Position numbers and translations under genes: made by a program. A stretch of DNA of 64,000 bases from an uncultured Methanosarcinaceae archaeon (GTDB lineage Archaea > Halobacteriota > Methanosarcinia > Methanosarcinales > Methanosarcinaceae). The DNA is taken from NCBI GenBank assembly GCA_963847185.1, contig CAWJYV010000010.1, positions 672,001 through 736,000 on the forward strand, in the 5' to 3' direction. The notes beneath the pieces were generated by a model, which saw only the letters and a list, made by a program, of their open reading frames with translations, was not told the origin of the DNA and made no database searches. Of this stretch, positions 31,200-41,716 are shown in pieces; position 1 is the first letter of the stretch, and each line of letters opens with the position of its first letter.

Positions 31200-34196
31200 T
31201 TAGGATTTGATCTCTCTCTCCGTGGTCGCAATGGCATACATCTCATCGGCTTCATTCACGAGTGAAGTGGCAGTCAGCCATATATTTATCAGCCTGCCGT
31301 CTTTGGTAAGCCGCTGGGTGCGATAAGATTCCAGGACTTCAGCCCGGCCAAGCTTCTTCAATGCGGCCAACTCTTCTTCTCTCCGATTCTCAGGAACCAG
31401 GCTGCTAACATTCATCTTCAGTGCCTCGGCTTCGCTCCAGCCATAAATTTTCTCAGCTTTTGGATTCCAGGCCAGGATGTTACCCTTCACATCCTGCAAT
31501 ATTACGGCATCGCTCGAATCATTAGTCAATGCAATAAGGCGACGCATTGTTTCGGATTCTTTAAGCTTCGACTTTTTCGTCTCGGTAATATCCGTAAAGG
31601 TAATTACCGCTCCTTCGATATTGTTATCAAGGGTGCGATAGGGCCGAATTCGCATCAGGTACCAAGCATTCTCCTTGGTCTGGACTTCAATCTCTTTGGG
31701 TGTCAGATTGTCCAGTACTTCTTTTATGTCCTCTACCAGGCGATCGTAGCCTAGAAGATTGGAGACAATGTGCCCAACAGGCCTTCCCACGTCTGAAGGA
31801 ATCAGATTAATCAACTGTGTAGCTGGAGGAGTGAAGCGCATGATGCGCAGCTCATAGTCTACAAAGATGGTGCCTATGCCAGTGCCGGCTAGTAGGTTAT
31901 TCATATCGTTATTGGCTTGAGACAGATCGACCACTTTGTTTTGCAGTTCAGTATTGACGGTGCCCAATTCCTCATTGACTGATTGCAGTTCCTCCCTGGA
32001 AGTCTCCAGTTCCTCGTTGGTAGATTGCAGCTCCTCATTTACTGACTGCATCTCTTCGTTGGCAGATTTGAGTTCTTCATTGGAAGTCGCCAGTTCCTCA
32101 TTGGAAGCTTTGAGACTTTCTTCTTTGGCCTGCAATTCCTGCTTCAACTTCAAGATTTGCACATCAACTCCCATTTCACTTTTGCAGGGGTTTTCACCGG
32201 CATCTATAGCAGCGGTCCTCCCGGTTTCGATTTTCTTTGACTCCGTCAGTTCCTCAAAGGTGACCAGGAATAAGTTTGGCCAGGCAACTTCATGACCTGA
32301 TTCCGCAGGTCGTACCGCCAGATTAACTATAGTGAAACCGCCATTGGTTTTGACCCGCACCCTGGGATAGAACACCGACTCTTTATTTACGGCGGCTCTG
32401 TGCAGGGCCGTGGTTAACTCAGACCTCAATCCTTCTCTAGCCATGTTAAGGATGTTCAGACCAGCTTCACCCTGAGCCAGCTCTAAGTACAGGCTGGTAT
32501 GGCCATGAACATAGAGGATATCGCCATGTTCGTCGACCAGAACACTGACAGGGGCATAATAATTCATTACTGCTCTCTCGGTCAGCTCGCGCAGTTGAGG
32601 TCTGATTTCAGCAGGAGCGTTGCTGGAAGGTGATGAGGCCACGCTTTTCAGTTGTTGTAGGGGAAATTTCGCTATGGAAAGGAAATATTCACTGCCAACG
32701 CCCTCTTTTCTTACATATAATTTTGACTTGCGATCCAGCGTATCAAAAAGATTCGTGAAATCTCCTATGGATTCGGAGGGGCCAAGAAAAAGAAATCCCC
32801 CAGAATTCAATGCATAATGGAAGAGGGGAATTAGCTTCTTTTGCAGTTCCCTGTCCATATAGATCAGTAAGTTTCGACAACTGAGCAGGTCAAGTTTAGA
32901 AAACGGTGGATCCTTGATAATGTCCTGCTCGGAAAAAATAACCATTTCACGGATACTGTGCTGAATAAGGTAATTGCTATCTGAATCCGGGGTGAAGAAA
33001 CGTTTAAGCCTCTTTGGAGAGATATCACTGGAAATACTGACTGGATAGAGGCCGCTACGGGCCTTTTCGATGGCTCGACTGTCAATATCAGTGGCGAAAA
33101 TCTGTACCTTAAAAGTTTGATTCAACTTTTCCATCTGCTCCTGTATCAGAATGGCTATGGAATATGCCTCCTCACCTGTAGAACAGCCGGGTACCCAGAC
33201 GCGTATTACTGAGTTAGGGTGCCTGCCGACAAAGAGGCGTGGGATAACTTTCTCCTGGAACGCTTCAAAAGTCTCAGGATTACGGAAGAAACTGGTGACG
33301 CCGATTAAGAAGTCACGAAAGAGAGATTCCACTTCAGCAGGCTTTTTCTCTAAATAACGAACATATTCATCTACATTTTCGATATTCTGGACGGCCATAC
33401 GCCGCTCGATGCGCCGGTTGATGGTATTTTGCTTGTAATGGGAGAAGTCATGACCGGTCTTGATGTATAGCAGATTGAATATCTGTTTCATTGAATCTTT
33501 TGCCCTGAGAGCTTCATGGGGCCTTTTTCCAAAAGCCTTGGCAACATAAGAAATAAGCTGAGCTGGCATTTCTTCCGGCTTCAGGACGTAATCTACCAGA
33601 CCTGTGGCAATGGCACTGAGCGGCATATTGTTGTACTCGCTGGACTCAGGAGCCTGTGCTATCACCATTCCTCCCTCAGCCTTGATCACCCGCAATCCTT
33701 CCGTGCCATCGCTGCCAGTACCCGAGAGCACAATACCGATAGATCTCTCTTGCTTTTCCTGAGCTAAGGAACGAAAGAACAAATCAATCGGCAGACGTTG
33801 GCCGCGCGGCTCAGCAGGCTTCGTCAATTGTAATGCTCCATCCTGCAGAACCATACTGCGATTAGGCGGGATGATGTAGACGCAGTCAGGCTTAACAGCC
33901 ATCTCGTCCGTGACTTCGTAAACCGGCATCTGCGTATAGCGCTCGATCAGTTCAGTAAGGATGCTCTTATGGTTTGGGTCTAAGTGTTGTATCAGGACAA
34001 AAGCTATTCCAGTCTTAGAATTGGCGGGTATGGCTGAAAAAAAAGCTTCGAATGCCGCTAGGCCACCAGCCGATGCACCGATGCCCACGATGGGAAAGTC
34101 CTCTTTTGGAAACTCATCAGAGGCTGCATCCAGAGGAGGATTTTCTTTATTAAAAGAGGTTTCCTCTAAAGAACGTGGCTGTTCTTCTTCTGACAT
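31200..34196 (-). CDS. CheB/CheR fusion protein with coiled-coil and PAS domains
   Basis: GIGASAGG, QHLDP, LSGTGSDG (CheB); VTSFFRN, WVPGCSTGEEAYS, ATDID, CRNLLIY (CheR); EELQSTNEEL heptads; likely start MSEEEQ. Confidence 0.93.
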   Translation of the reverse strand: MSEEEQPRSLEETSFNKENPPLDAASDEFPKEDFPIVGIGASAGGLAAFEAFFSAIPANSKTGIAFVLIQHLDPNHKSILTELIERYTQMPVYEVTDEMAVKPDCVYIIPPNRSMVLQDGALQLTKPAEPRGQRLPIDLFFRSLAQEKQERSIGIVLSGTGSDGTEGLRVIKAEGGMVIAQAPESSEYNNMPLSAIATGLVDYVLKPEEMPAQLISYVAKAFGKRPHEALRAKDSMKQIFNLLYIKTGHDFSHYKQNTINRRIERRMAVQNIENVDEYVRYLEKKPAEVESLFRDFLIGVTSFFRNPETFEAFQEKVIPRLFVGRHPNSVIRVWVPGCSTGEEAYSIAILIQEQMEKLNQTFKVQIFATDIDSRAIEKARSGLYPVSISSDISPKRLKRFFTPDSDSNYLIQHSIREMVIFSEQDIIKDPPFSKLDLLSCRNLLIYMDRELQKKLIPLFHYALNSGGFLFLGPSESIGDFTNLFDTLDRKSKLYVRKEGVGSEYFLSIAKFPLQQLKSVASSPSSNAPAEIRPQLRELTERAVMNYYAPVSVLVDEHGDILYVHGHTSLYLELAQGEAGLNILNMAREGLRSELTTALHRAAVNKESVFYPRVRVKTNGGFTIVNLAVRPAESGHEVAWPNLFLVTFEELTESKKIETGRTAAIDAGENPCKSEMGVDVQILKLKQELQAKEESLKASNEELATSNEELKSANEEMQSVNEELQSTNEELETSREELQSVNEELGTVNTELQNKVVDLSQANNDMNNLLAGTGIGTIFVDYELRIMRFTPPATQLINLIPSDVGRPVGHIVSNLLGYDRLVEDIKEVLDNLTPKEIEVQTKENAWYLMRIRPYRTLDNNIEGAVITFTDITETKKSKLKESETMRRLIALTNDSSDAVILQDVKGNILAWNPKAEKIYGWSEAEALKMNVSSLVPENRREEELAALKKLGRAEVLESYRTQRLTKDGRLINIWLTATSLVNEADEMYAIATTEREIKS

Positions 34197-34254
34197 TTGT
34201 GTTTTCCCTTTTCCTGTATTTTCCTTTTTCTGGATAATATTATCGCATCCTTTA

Positions 34255-34619
34255 AAACCCGTCATAACCTCTTGTGAGAGCCTTATTGAGCTTTTCAATC
34301 TAGCCGTTTAAGGCTTTTTCCGAGTCAAAAATACCCTCTTTTAAAAACCAATCAGCATACGAAATAAACTCTATTTGCTTCTTTTCCAGGTAAGCGTCAA
34401 AAGAAGGAATAGCTTTTCTCAATGCGTTTTTCGCCTTCTCTACTTCAAAGGGCTGTGACGTTGACCACACACAGAATTCATTATTCTCCAGACCTGCTCT
34501 GAAGTATGGGACAATTATGTCCGCTAAGTATTATTTTGTCTGGTAGAATGGCAGAAATGTGTTTCCCAGGGCATATCTCCAATAATCTCAGTTCCAGAGA
34601 TTCTACTATTGTCTCTCAT
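34255..34619 (-). pseudogene. Degraded N-terminal MEDS domain
   Basis: MRDNSRISGTEIIGDMPWETHFC..VPYFRAGLENNEFCVW..RGYDG, homologous to the gene at 62125; frameshift and stops present. Confidence 0.8.
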
Positions 34620-34760
34620 CTCTCTCCGAAATAGGATTCGAAGTCAAAAGAGTGTTACGTTAGTGTTTTCACTTTACATATAACTGAAATTTCTTTTTAT
34701 TTAGCTTTTTATGTATGCATTTTATCTTACTTAATGAGATTTGTAAAAGTAATTATTATA

Positions 34761-34889
34761 GAGCTCATCTCAAAACCAATTTTATTCTCAAATCAGAAAG
34801 TTTTAGAATCATTTTTCACGATCAGAAACTAGATTGATTATTTAGAATAAGGGACTTAGAAAAGCAAGTTTGAGTTTTGGGATCAGTTC
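34761..34889. mobile_element. MITE-like element
   Basis: Imperfect TIR GAGCTCATCTCAAAAC / GTTTTGGGATCAGTTC; ATA on both flanks. Confidence 0.55.
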
Positions 34890-35163
34890 ATAATTAAAAA
34901 CCCATATAAAATACCTTATGACAAAAACACCGTAAGTACCTATATATTTGATTATTGACAGGGGTCAGAAATTGAATTTCTTATATATCTGATAGCTTTT
35001 GTCAAAGAATAGTTGGTAAGAATAGGTTTAATTATTGCAAAAAATTTCTGGACTTGTAAGCAAGTAGTAAGAATTGGTAGTCTCAACAGACATATATCAA
35101 ACACAAAAATTGAAAAAAGGTAAAAAGCAGATAGTATTTATAGAGCTCTCGATTCCCTCTCTA

Positions 35164-35334
35164 TTATAACGGAGCTACGCTGAGTATATCCCATCCGTAA
35201 TGTTTGATGTAGATATTGAAAAATTTCTCTGCTGAAAGCTTACTTCCACTGGAAAGAGAGTGAATGCTGTTCCACTGCTCACAGAGCTTCCAGCACGTCT
35301 CTTTTTCAGAATCCGTAAGATCGTTGTAACTCAT
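35164..35334 (-). CDS. Possible small protein (56 aa)
   Basis: MSYNDLTDSEKETCWKLCEQWNSIH...; protein-like composition, no clear SD. Confidence 0.3.
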   Translation of the reverse strand: MSYNDLTDSEKETCWKLCEQWNSIHSLSSGSKLSAEKFFNIYIKHYGWDILSVAPL

Positions 35335-35559
35335 ATTTCTTAGACGGTTTGACTTGTATCTCAATTAGATATTCTCCTGATTTTTATTCCAGTCTCAATA
35401 TATCCAGGAACGGTATTGACTAAGGTTGTCTGTTCCAATGCATAGTGAAGCCGATACGTAGAGTCTAAAGGCATACTTAAGAAGGCATACTTAAGGTAAT
35501 TTGGTGGAAAACATAAGGAAAAAGAGTATTTACTAACAGAATCTCCACCGTAAGTATGT

Positions 35560-35720
35560 AAGAAGAAGCCCAAGACCACTGCATCCTTTCACTGTATCCC
35601 CCAACACAGTCTCTTCGACTATTATGCTCCCCCAAGCATTTAGTTCGAAGAAGGTTCAGTGATCCCAGGCGATTCTTTATTTGATAGATGATACCCCAAT
35701 TCTACTTCCCAACTCCAGGA
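35560..35720 (-). ncRNA. Candidate G-loop structured RNA, copy A
   Basis: Homologous to 61156-61318; TTTAAATA box upstream; hairpins with TTGGGGG loops. Confidence 0.55.
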
Positions 35721-36066
35721 TATACTAATAAGATAAAATATTTAAAATAAATTATATCAAAAATTGTTTTTAAGCAAAAAATAGTTGTAGTCATTTTATT
35801 TTAATGCAATTAAAATTTTTAAAATTGAGCCTATCTCAAAACTCAAGATCGCTTGAAAGGCTCCTTGACGAATTGTACAATTTCGCAGGTTTATTTATGG
35901 GAGTAGATGTGTCCTTATAGCTCAGGAATTTGGAGCTAATAACATCAGGCTTGTATTTTTTGTATTAAATATCCCGATGGTAACCTGATCAAGAAAAAAA
36001 GATTAAAGAGAAAAAATAAATTTATGCAGATTCAAGCCTTTTTAAGGTTAAATAATAAAAAATAAA

Positions 36067-37596
36067 GTAACTATTCAGGGTATATTTAACGGCGCTCCCC
36101 TGAGCGCCGCTATAATACTCTCTAAAACAGGCAACCCATTCTTCCTGATTGTAGAAATGTACGCTCTATTTCTGCAGAAAGCTTGCGCTCCCTGTGCTGT
36201 TCTGAAAGTTCCTGATATTTTCTGCTGTAGTTTCATCATCCTGATATCTCTTTCTGCTTGATTGTTCTCAAACGGAACTTTCAAATCTGTCAGGAATCTC
36301 ATGATCTTTTCTTTGTGTTCTATAAACCTATCCAGCAGATTCCTTGCTTTGGTTTTTGGATTCTTTCCACGTTTTCCTTTCTTTTCAGGATTTAGAAACT
36401 GTGGATTTTCTTCAATTCCTTTCATGATAATAGCATCGAACCTTTCTTCTAATGATTTAATTTGCTCAAAATCCAGTTCTTTGACTTGCTCTTTGCATTC
36501 GTCAGTATACTTTTTCATCTCAGTGAACAATTCATTCATTCCTTTAGTCCACTGCTGTTTATAGTTCTCTTCAATTCCAGTAAGTTCTCTCTGTAAATGA
36601 GCATTACAGAGAGCATGATCACAGTCATAAATGTTGTAAGGTTTCCATCCGTCGTGAACTGCTACTCCCTCAAACTCAGGAAGAATACCCATAGCATTTA
36701 TTGCCTCTGATCCTCTTTTTGAGTGAGGAAAATAACAGGTGTATTTATCATTAGAAGCTACATGAAGCCAGTGTCTTTTTCCTTCGATCTTCATACCAGT
36801 TTCATCAAAATGAACAACAGGAGAATTCATTAATTTCTTTCGAATAATGTTTTCAAAACACTCTAAATTCTGGGAACATTTTTTTTCTGCTCTAATTATC
36901 GTAGCAGGACAGATTTTTATTCCCATAATATCTTCAAAAAACTCAGAAATTCGTTCATAGGGGATAAAATGATGATTTTTACAGTAAACAGCTGAAGCTA
37001 AAATATTTAGACCATACTGAACTGGATATTTTACTGATTCAGGAAAAACAGCTTTATTTATTTTTCCACAGTAAGGACAGGTCTTAATCTGACTTTTGTG
37101 TTCTGTAACAATCAGATTCACAGGAGGAATATCAAAGACCTGTCTTTTCTTATAAGCTTCAACTTCAACATTCTCAAGAGTATGGCCACATTCTTTGCAG
37201 CAACTCAAAGAAAGTTCTATTACCTAATCAGGATCATCAACCATTTCAAGAGTTGTTCCTAGATGACCCTCTTGACCTCCAGGTTTCTTACCGCTCTTTT
37301 TACGGAGACTCTTGGGATTAGGTTTCTCCTTGACAAATAAATCAGTAGAAGGAGGTCTACTACTGTTTCTGCTATTTTGATTTAAGCGAGATTCTAAGGC
37401 TATTAATCTTTCAGTGAGTTCTTTTATTTGAGATTCTAAGCTCTCAGTGTAAGTTACAATAAATTCAGGATTTGAAGTACACAGTGATAGAATCTCTTCA
37501 CGCTTCATAATACAAAATAAGAAGTCATTTTAGATCCAATTTTTCCTCGGAAAGAGGAAAAATTGTGGAACCTTAAAAAGACTCCTGAATAGTTAC
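36067..37596 (-). mobile_element. IS66-family insertion sequence (single-transposase type)
   Basis: Perfect TIR GTAACTATTCAGG at both ends; 8-bp target duplication AAAATAAA. Confidence 0.93.
36075..37508 (-). CDS. IS66 transposase with in-frame TAG at 37224-37226 (possible pyrrolysine readthrough)
   Basis: Both ORF-track pieces share one frame; NSRNSSRPPSTD, GGQEGH, CxxC pairs, HFDETG, VHDG, LCNAH, NNQAERDIR. Confidence 0.8.
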
Positions 37597-38265
37597 AAAA
37601 TAAATTGATAATAGTTAATTAATTGTCAGATGATCACACTTTTATTCTGTTACCCAATTTAAAAGCTTGTCCTGTTTTATATTCACCCTTTATAAGTATA
37701 TTTTGATTTTGAAAAGAAAGGGCTAGAGTGGTGAAGCTCAAAAATGAAAGAAGTTATTCAATTTTTTTAACTAAATAAAATCATCTTAAGGCTTCAAAGT
37801 TAATTTAATTGGAAATAAGAGCTTACATATATTATCTAGATTATTTTTTTGGTTAAATAGTTAATTCCAGATTATTATTCATGATTTTAGTGCGATATTT
37901 TAAAAATCATAATTTGAAATTAAATAAAAGACTGAGCTTACTGTCTTAGCATCTGGTTTACTCAATTTTTCAAAAACTATTAATATTCAGAAGAAGTTAT
38001 TCTAGCGAATTTATATAATTCGTATTTATATTTCTAATTGTACTTACTGGCAATTGAAGTTAAACTGTTCTTCTCTAAATGAAAGCGTAACAAAGAAAGT
38101 AGCTTCTTAACACAACTGCCAGGAGTAAATTTAGGCTTGGGGAGATAATAAAACAATTAGGTTAGAATATTGAATTATGATCTTAGAAAGATCACTCTCC
38201 ACATGCAAAATGAGTATTAAATACTACGAATTACAGGCTATATTTAAACTATGGAGGTAAATATA

Positions 38266-38412
38266 ATGGTATGGAATTATGGTTGGAGAGATTGGGATAG
38301 GCGTAGAGGCTGGGGCTGGGCCGGATGTGGCGGCTGGGGCTGCGACGGCTGGGGCGGTCGTAGAGGTAGGTTCTGGCGTCATCGTGTAAACCGCTGGTGG
38401 GACTGGGACTGA
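38266..38412 (+). CDS. 48-aa Trp/Gly/Arg-rich small protein
   Basis: SD GGAGGT upstream; MVWNYGWRDWDRRRGWGWAGCGGWGCDGWGGRRGRFWRHRVNRWWDWD; GC-rich island in AT-rich flanks. Confidence 0.7.
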   Translation: MVWNYGWRDWDRRRGWGWAGCGGWGCDGWGGRRGRFWRHRVNRWWDWD

Positions 38413-38565
38413 GACTGTAAATAACCGTTGAACCTGTAGAATTAATTGGTATTAAAGGAAAAACATTGCAGTCATCTTTTCAATACATCGAAAAAGTCTG
38501 ACGATTGTCTTGAATCGATGGCTATTCATTTCCTATATTTTACCACTACTTCTCTTTTTTACAAT

Positions 38566-38669
38566 GGGCCTATCCCAAAACTTCATGTAATCTAATTATT
38601 GCTGCTAACATTACAATTCCCAAAAAGTAAATTTATAATTTAAATATAATATTATTTTTGAGATAGCTC
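38566..38669. mobile_element. MITE-like element
   Basis: GGGCCTATCCCAAAA ... TTTTGAGATAGCTC; AAT on both flanks; ends resemble 34761-34889. Confidence 0.5.
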
Positions 38670-38935
38670 AATATAATTTTTCAATTATATTGAAATTTCA
38701 AATTAGGCCAAATCTTTCATATCGGTTATAATATATATGGCCTTGTTAATATAAATTCACAGAAGATTAAGAGTAGTAGGGTTTCCTCTTAATCTATGGT
38801 TGGATCTCAGGCAGGGTTTGAGAATAGGGACTCAAAACTCTACCATTTACTTCAACTAAGCTTTTGAATCATTGGAAAATGTTGAAAGAATTGATTGTGG
38901 AAAATAAAGAAAGATGATACTGGGAAGTTACTAAC

Positions 38936-39046
38936 ATGAAAGAAGAGGTATATCTTACGTTTGATGATCATGAGGATTTCCGAAGGTCTCTTGAAGAAGT
39001 ACTGCAAGATAGAAAGGAATCACCTACAATGCCTACAAAAACTTGA
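38936..39046 (+). CDS. Possible 36-aa small protein
   Basis: MKEEVYLTFDDHEDFRRSLEEVLQDRKESPTMPTKT; downstream of TATA-like box and two hairpins. Confidence 0.35.
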   Translation: MKEEVYLTFDDHEDFRRSLEEVLQDRKESPTMPTKT

Positions 39047-39656
39047 AATTCTTGCAAAAACTTGAATTATGTTTTTCTGGCGGATGGCGTGAGCCTGCAG
39101 TTGTTTCAATTTCTCAGAGATCTCGGTTTGCGTTTTATTGCTTCTATAATATTCTTATTCAAGTCATAGACAAATCGGATCTTATCACAAAGATGACCAG
39201 AATAAGAAAATAGGTTGATGAAATAATAAGATCAGGTAACTAAATTGTAAAAAATATAATACCGTTTCATTTCTACTGAAGAGTTCCTACAGTGCTGGAT
39301 TTACAAAAAAGATATATTTCGAGTCAAGACTTTACTGAAGTAACTGATAAAAAGAGAAGAAGATAGTGTCCGACGATACCCGACAGGGCACAACTCTTTC
39401 TATTCATTTGTAAAAATTCACAGCCTGGCATAAAAGCAAAAGAGACCATTATCAAATAAGAATAACACCAATCTTTTACCATATGCCTTGTTTCATCGAT
39501 TGCCGTTACTCCTTCTAAAAACCAATATTGCGATGATTCATCCATCTGCAAGTCATTCTTTATCTTGAAACTTTGCTGTTTTATGCTCGCTTCTGATGGT
39601 TCTTCTATTGCCTCTTCATTTGATGCTCCGCCAGTTACTAATTTAGATGATTCCGT

Positions 39657-40619
39657 TTATACATCATTTTGAGTCTCGCCCTGCTCGAAAAAAAGACATC
39701 CCAGGTTAGACACATCTGCTCCATGATTGATTTCCTTGAGTGTGTAATTTCCAAATCTGTCACCAGTCTTGAATGTCCCAGCATTTGCATAGTCAATAAG
39801 CCAGAGACCATCTATCTGAGCAATGTCATCGGCTGCAACGAAGTAGATCTGGTTTATGTGAACTCTGAAAACAATAGTATCATCTTCTCCCTGTATGTTA
39901 TCGAGTTCAATTTTCCATGTGCTGCCACTACTATTAGAAGCAGAAATGATTTCGTCGTCGACATATTTTCCATTATGCCTGAATTCGAGCCAGACCTTCT
40001 GATCGTCGACATTTACCTGCCTGGCTTTGAGAGTGTAGCCTCCACCGAGGTCAAGAGTCTCGTCGGTTCTAATAGTATAGTTGTCGCAGTTATTAAGAAC
40101 TAATTTGGCAAGCTTGTTTACGTGGTTATTCCAGATCTTTTCACTATTCTCAAGCAAAGGAACATAGATCTCGCCAAATAATTCAATTGCCGGATACTGC
40201 TCATTAGACCAACTGCTACATCTATAATAGCCTCTGTCAACGTTAGAAGTGTAGAGTTTGCGCTCTAAAATAGTCGCTGTCTGTGTTCCTATTGATTCAG
40301 AAGATGCCGCAATTGCCTCATTGCCACTACCTGCTGCTGGGGTTACATGCGGTACTGCGGCGAATGCTGCTACTATTGAACAAAAAACAACAAAAAATTT
40401 TACACTTGTAGACAGTGAAAAATTTAGTCTTTTTTCCACATAGTCTATTGTTTGCTTCATTGTTACAATTGCTGCTAAAATAAAAAAAAGTCCAGAGATA
40501 TAATTTGTTACCAAAATTTCAGCTACACCAAAGAGTAAACAAATAGCTCCAATAACATAACGATCAATGATATTCAATGTAATTTTCCTCTGTTTCTTCA
40601 TTGTTCCATCCACATACAA
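39657..40619 (-). CDS. Membrane-anchored Methanosarcinales S-layer domain protein
   Basis: N-terminal TMs; LFGE.YVPL, KLAKLVL, ETLDLGGGYTLKARQV..D.QKVWLEF..NG.YVDDEII. Confidence 0.8.
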   Translation of the reverse strand: MYVDGTMKKQRKITLNIIDRYVIGAICLLFGVAEILVTNYISGLFFILAAIVTMKQTIDYVEKRLNFSLSTSVKFFVVFCSIVAAFAAVPHVTPAAGSGNEAIAASSESIGTQTATILERKLYTSNVDRGYYRCSSWSNEQYPAIELFGEIYVPLLENSEKIWNNHVNKLAKLVLNNCDNYTIRTDETLDLGGGYTLKARQVNVDDQKVWLEFRHNGKYVDDEIISASNSSGSTWKIELDNIQGEDDTIVFRVHINQIYFVAADDIAQIDGLWLIDYANAGTFKTGDRFGNYTLKEINHGADVSNLGCLFFEQGETQNDV

Positions 40620-40998
40620 CCCTCAATAAAAAATATATTTTTTCTTTTTATTACCAAGATTGTACATATATATTAATCGCTCGAATTTCGCATTAGTAAT
40701 TTTAAACTCAAAAAAGATGTATTCGACTAAAAATAGTCAGGCAATTGGATTCTGGCACCAGGGAATAATGGGAGTAAAGCTACGAATGATCTTGTTTTAT
40801 ACTCGAAAGTCCCCAAACTGTCTTCAGAATTATTCTTTAAATTCATTGAAAATTAACAAGATAGCTATCTTGCATTTATATCTGCCAGCATTCATTCAAA
40901 CATGTTTACAGTTGCCTTTTTTTGATTAGATAACGATTCTAATATATATTGGCAAACTATACTATTTATCGCACAAGATGTGCTCAGTTCAATTTCGT

Positions 40999-41075
40999 AA
41001 ACCCAAACCCAAACCCAAACCCAAACCCAAAACCCAACACAAACTCAAACCCAGGCATACCCCCTTGCCTGGGTT
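40999..41075 (+). repeat. (AAACCC)5 microsatellite followed by 10-bp hairpin
   Basis: Direct reading; stem AACCCAGGCA/TGCCTGGGTT with loop TACCCCCT. Confidence 0.8.
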
Positions 41076-41130
41076 AAATTAAACTTTATATAGAATCTTG
41101 AATCATAGACCCTTTGAGATTTCTGCATTC

Positions 41131-41565
41131 TTTTTTGGGACTTTTCAACTTCCTTTAGAGAAGTGAGCTTTTTTGAACCGGAGCAACGTAATTATCATCT
41201 TAAATGGAGCTTTTCCCGAACGCAGTGAGGCTATACCTTAAAGAATAAATTAAAAAAGCAATTTAAGTGTTCTATTTCCAAAAAAATGAAAAATTCGTTG
41301 GATTTTTCTTTCAAAAAGCCCTTTATTTTGCTTTTTCGCTTTTTCGGGCTGTCCCAAGCATTCACTCGGTGAAAACAAGGTTTTAAATGCCGACTAGTGT
41401 TTTTTGGGCAAGATCCATAACTTTATTTTTATTTTTGGGGGCAGCTCCATTAAATATTCCTCTAACAATCGTTTCCATAAGGTTCTCGCTCTCTTCCCTC
41501 CTTTTTCTTAGTTTTAATTCGAGTTCATCAGACAACCTCTGAGTTGCTCAACTTTTTCAGCGATG
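41131..41565. repeat. About 430-bp direct repeat, copy A (includes degraded hsdS 3' end)
   Basis: Aligns by eye with 42482-42914. Confidence 0.85.
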
Positions 41566-41716
41566 TTGTTTTATCACGCCTAAACGCGATTCGGGAGTAT
41601 GCTATTCTTTTCTGAAGTTTAACTTATTACTTCTAGGGTATAGCAGAGTCCTAATTACAGTAATTTTCCTCACTGGTGAAAACGTTCATATCTTATAGCA
41701 TCCTATAGGTTACTAT

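Noticed and set aside
34300-34302. Pyrrolysine codon in the MEDS remnant
   Set aside because: The remnant also has a frameshift and another stop, so decay is the simpler explanation
35560-35720. Cobalamin or c-di-AMP riboswitch
   Set aside because: Only short GGGAAG/TGGGG matches; consensus cores absent
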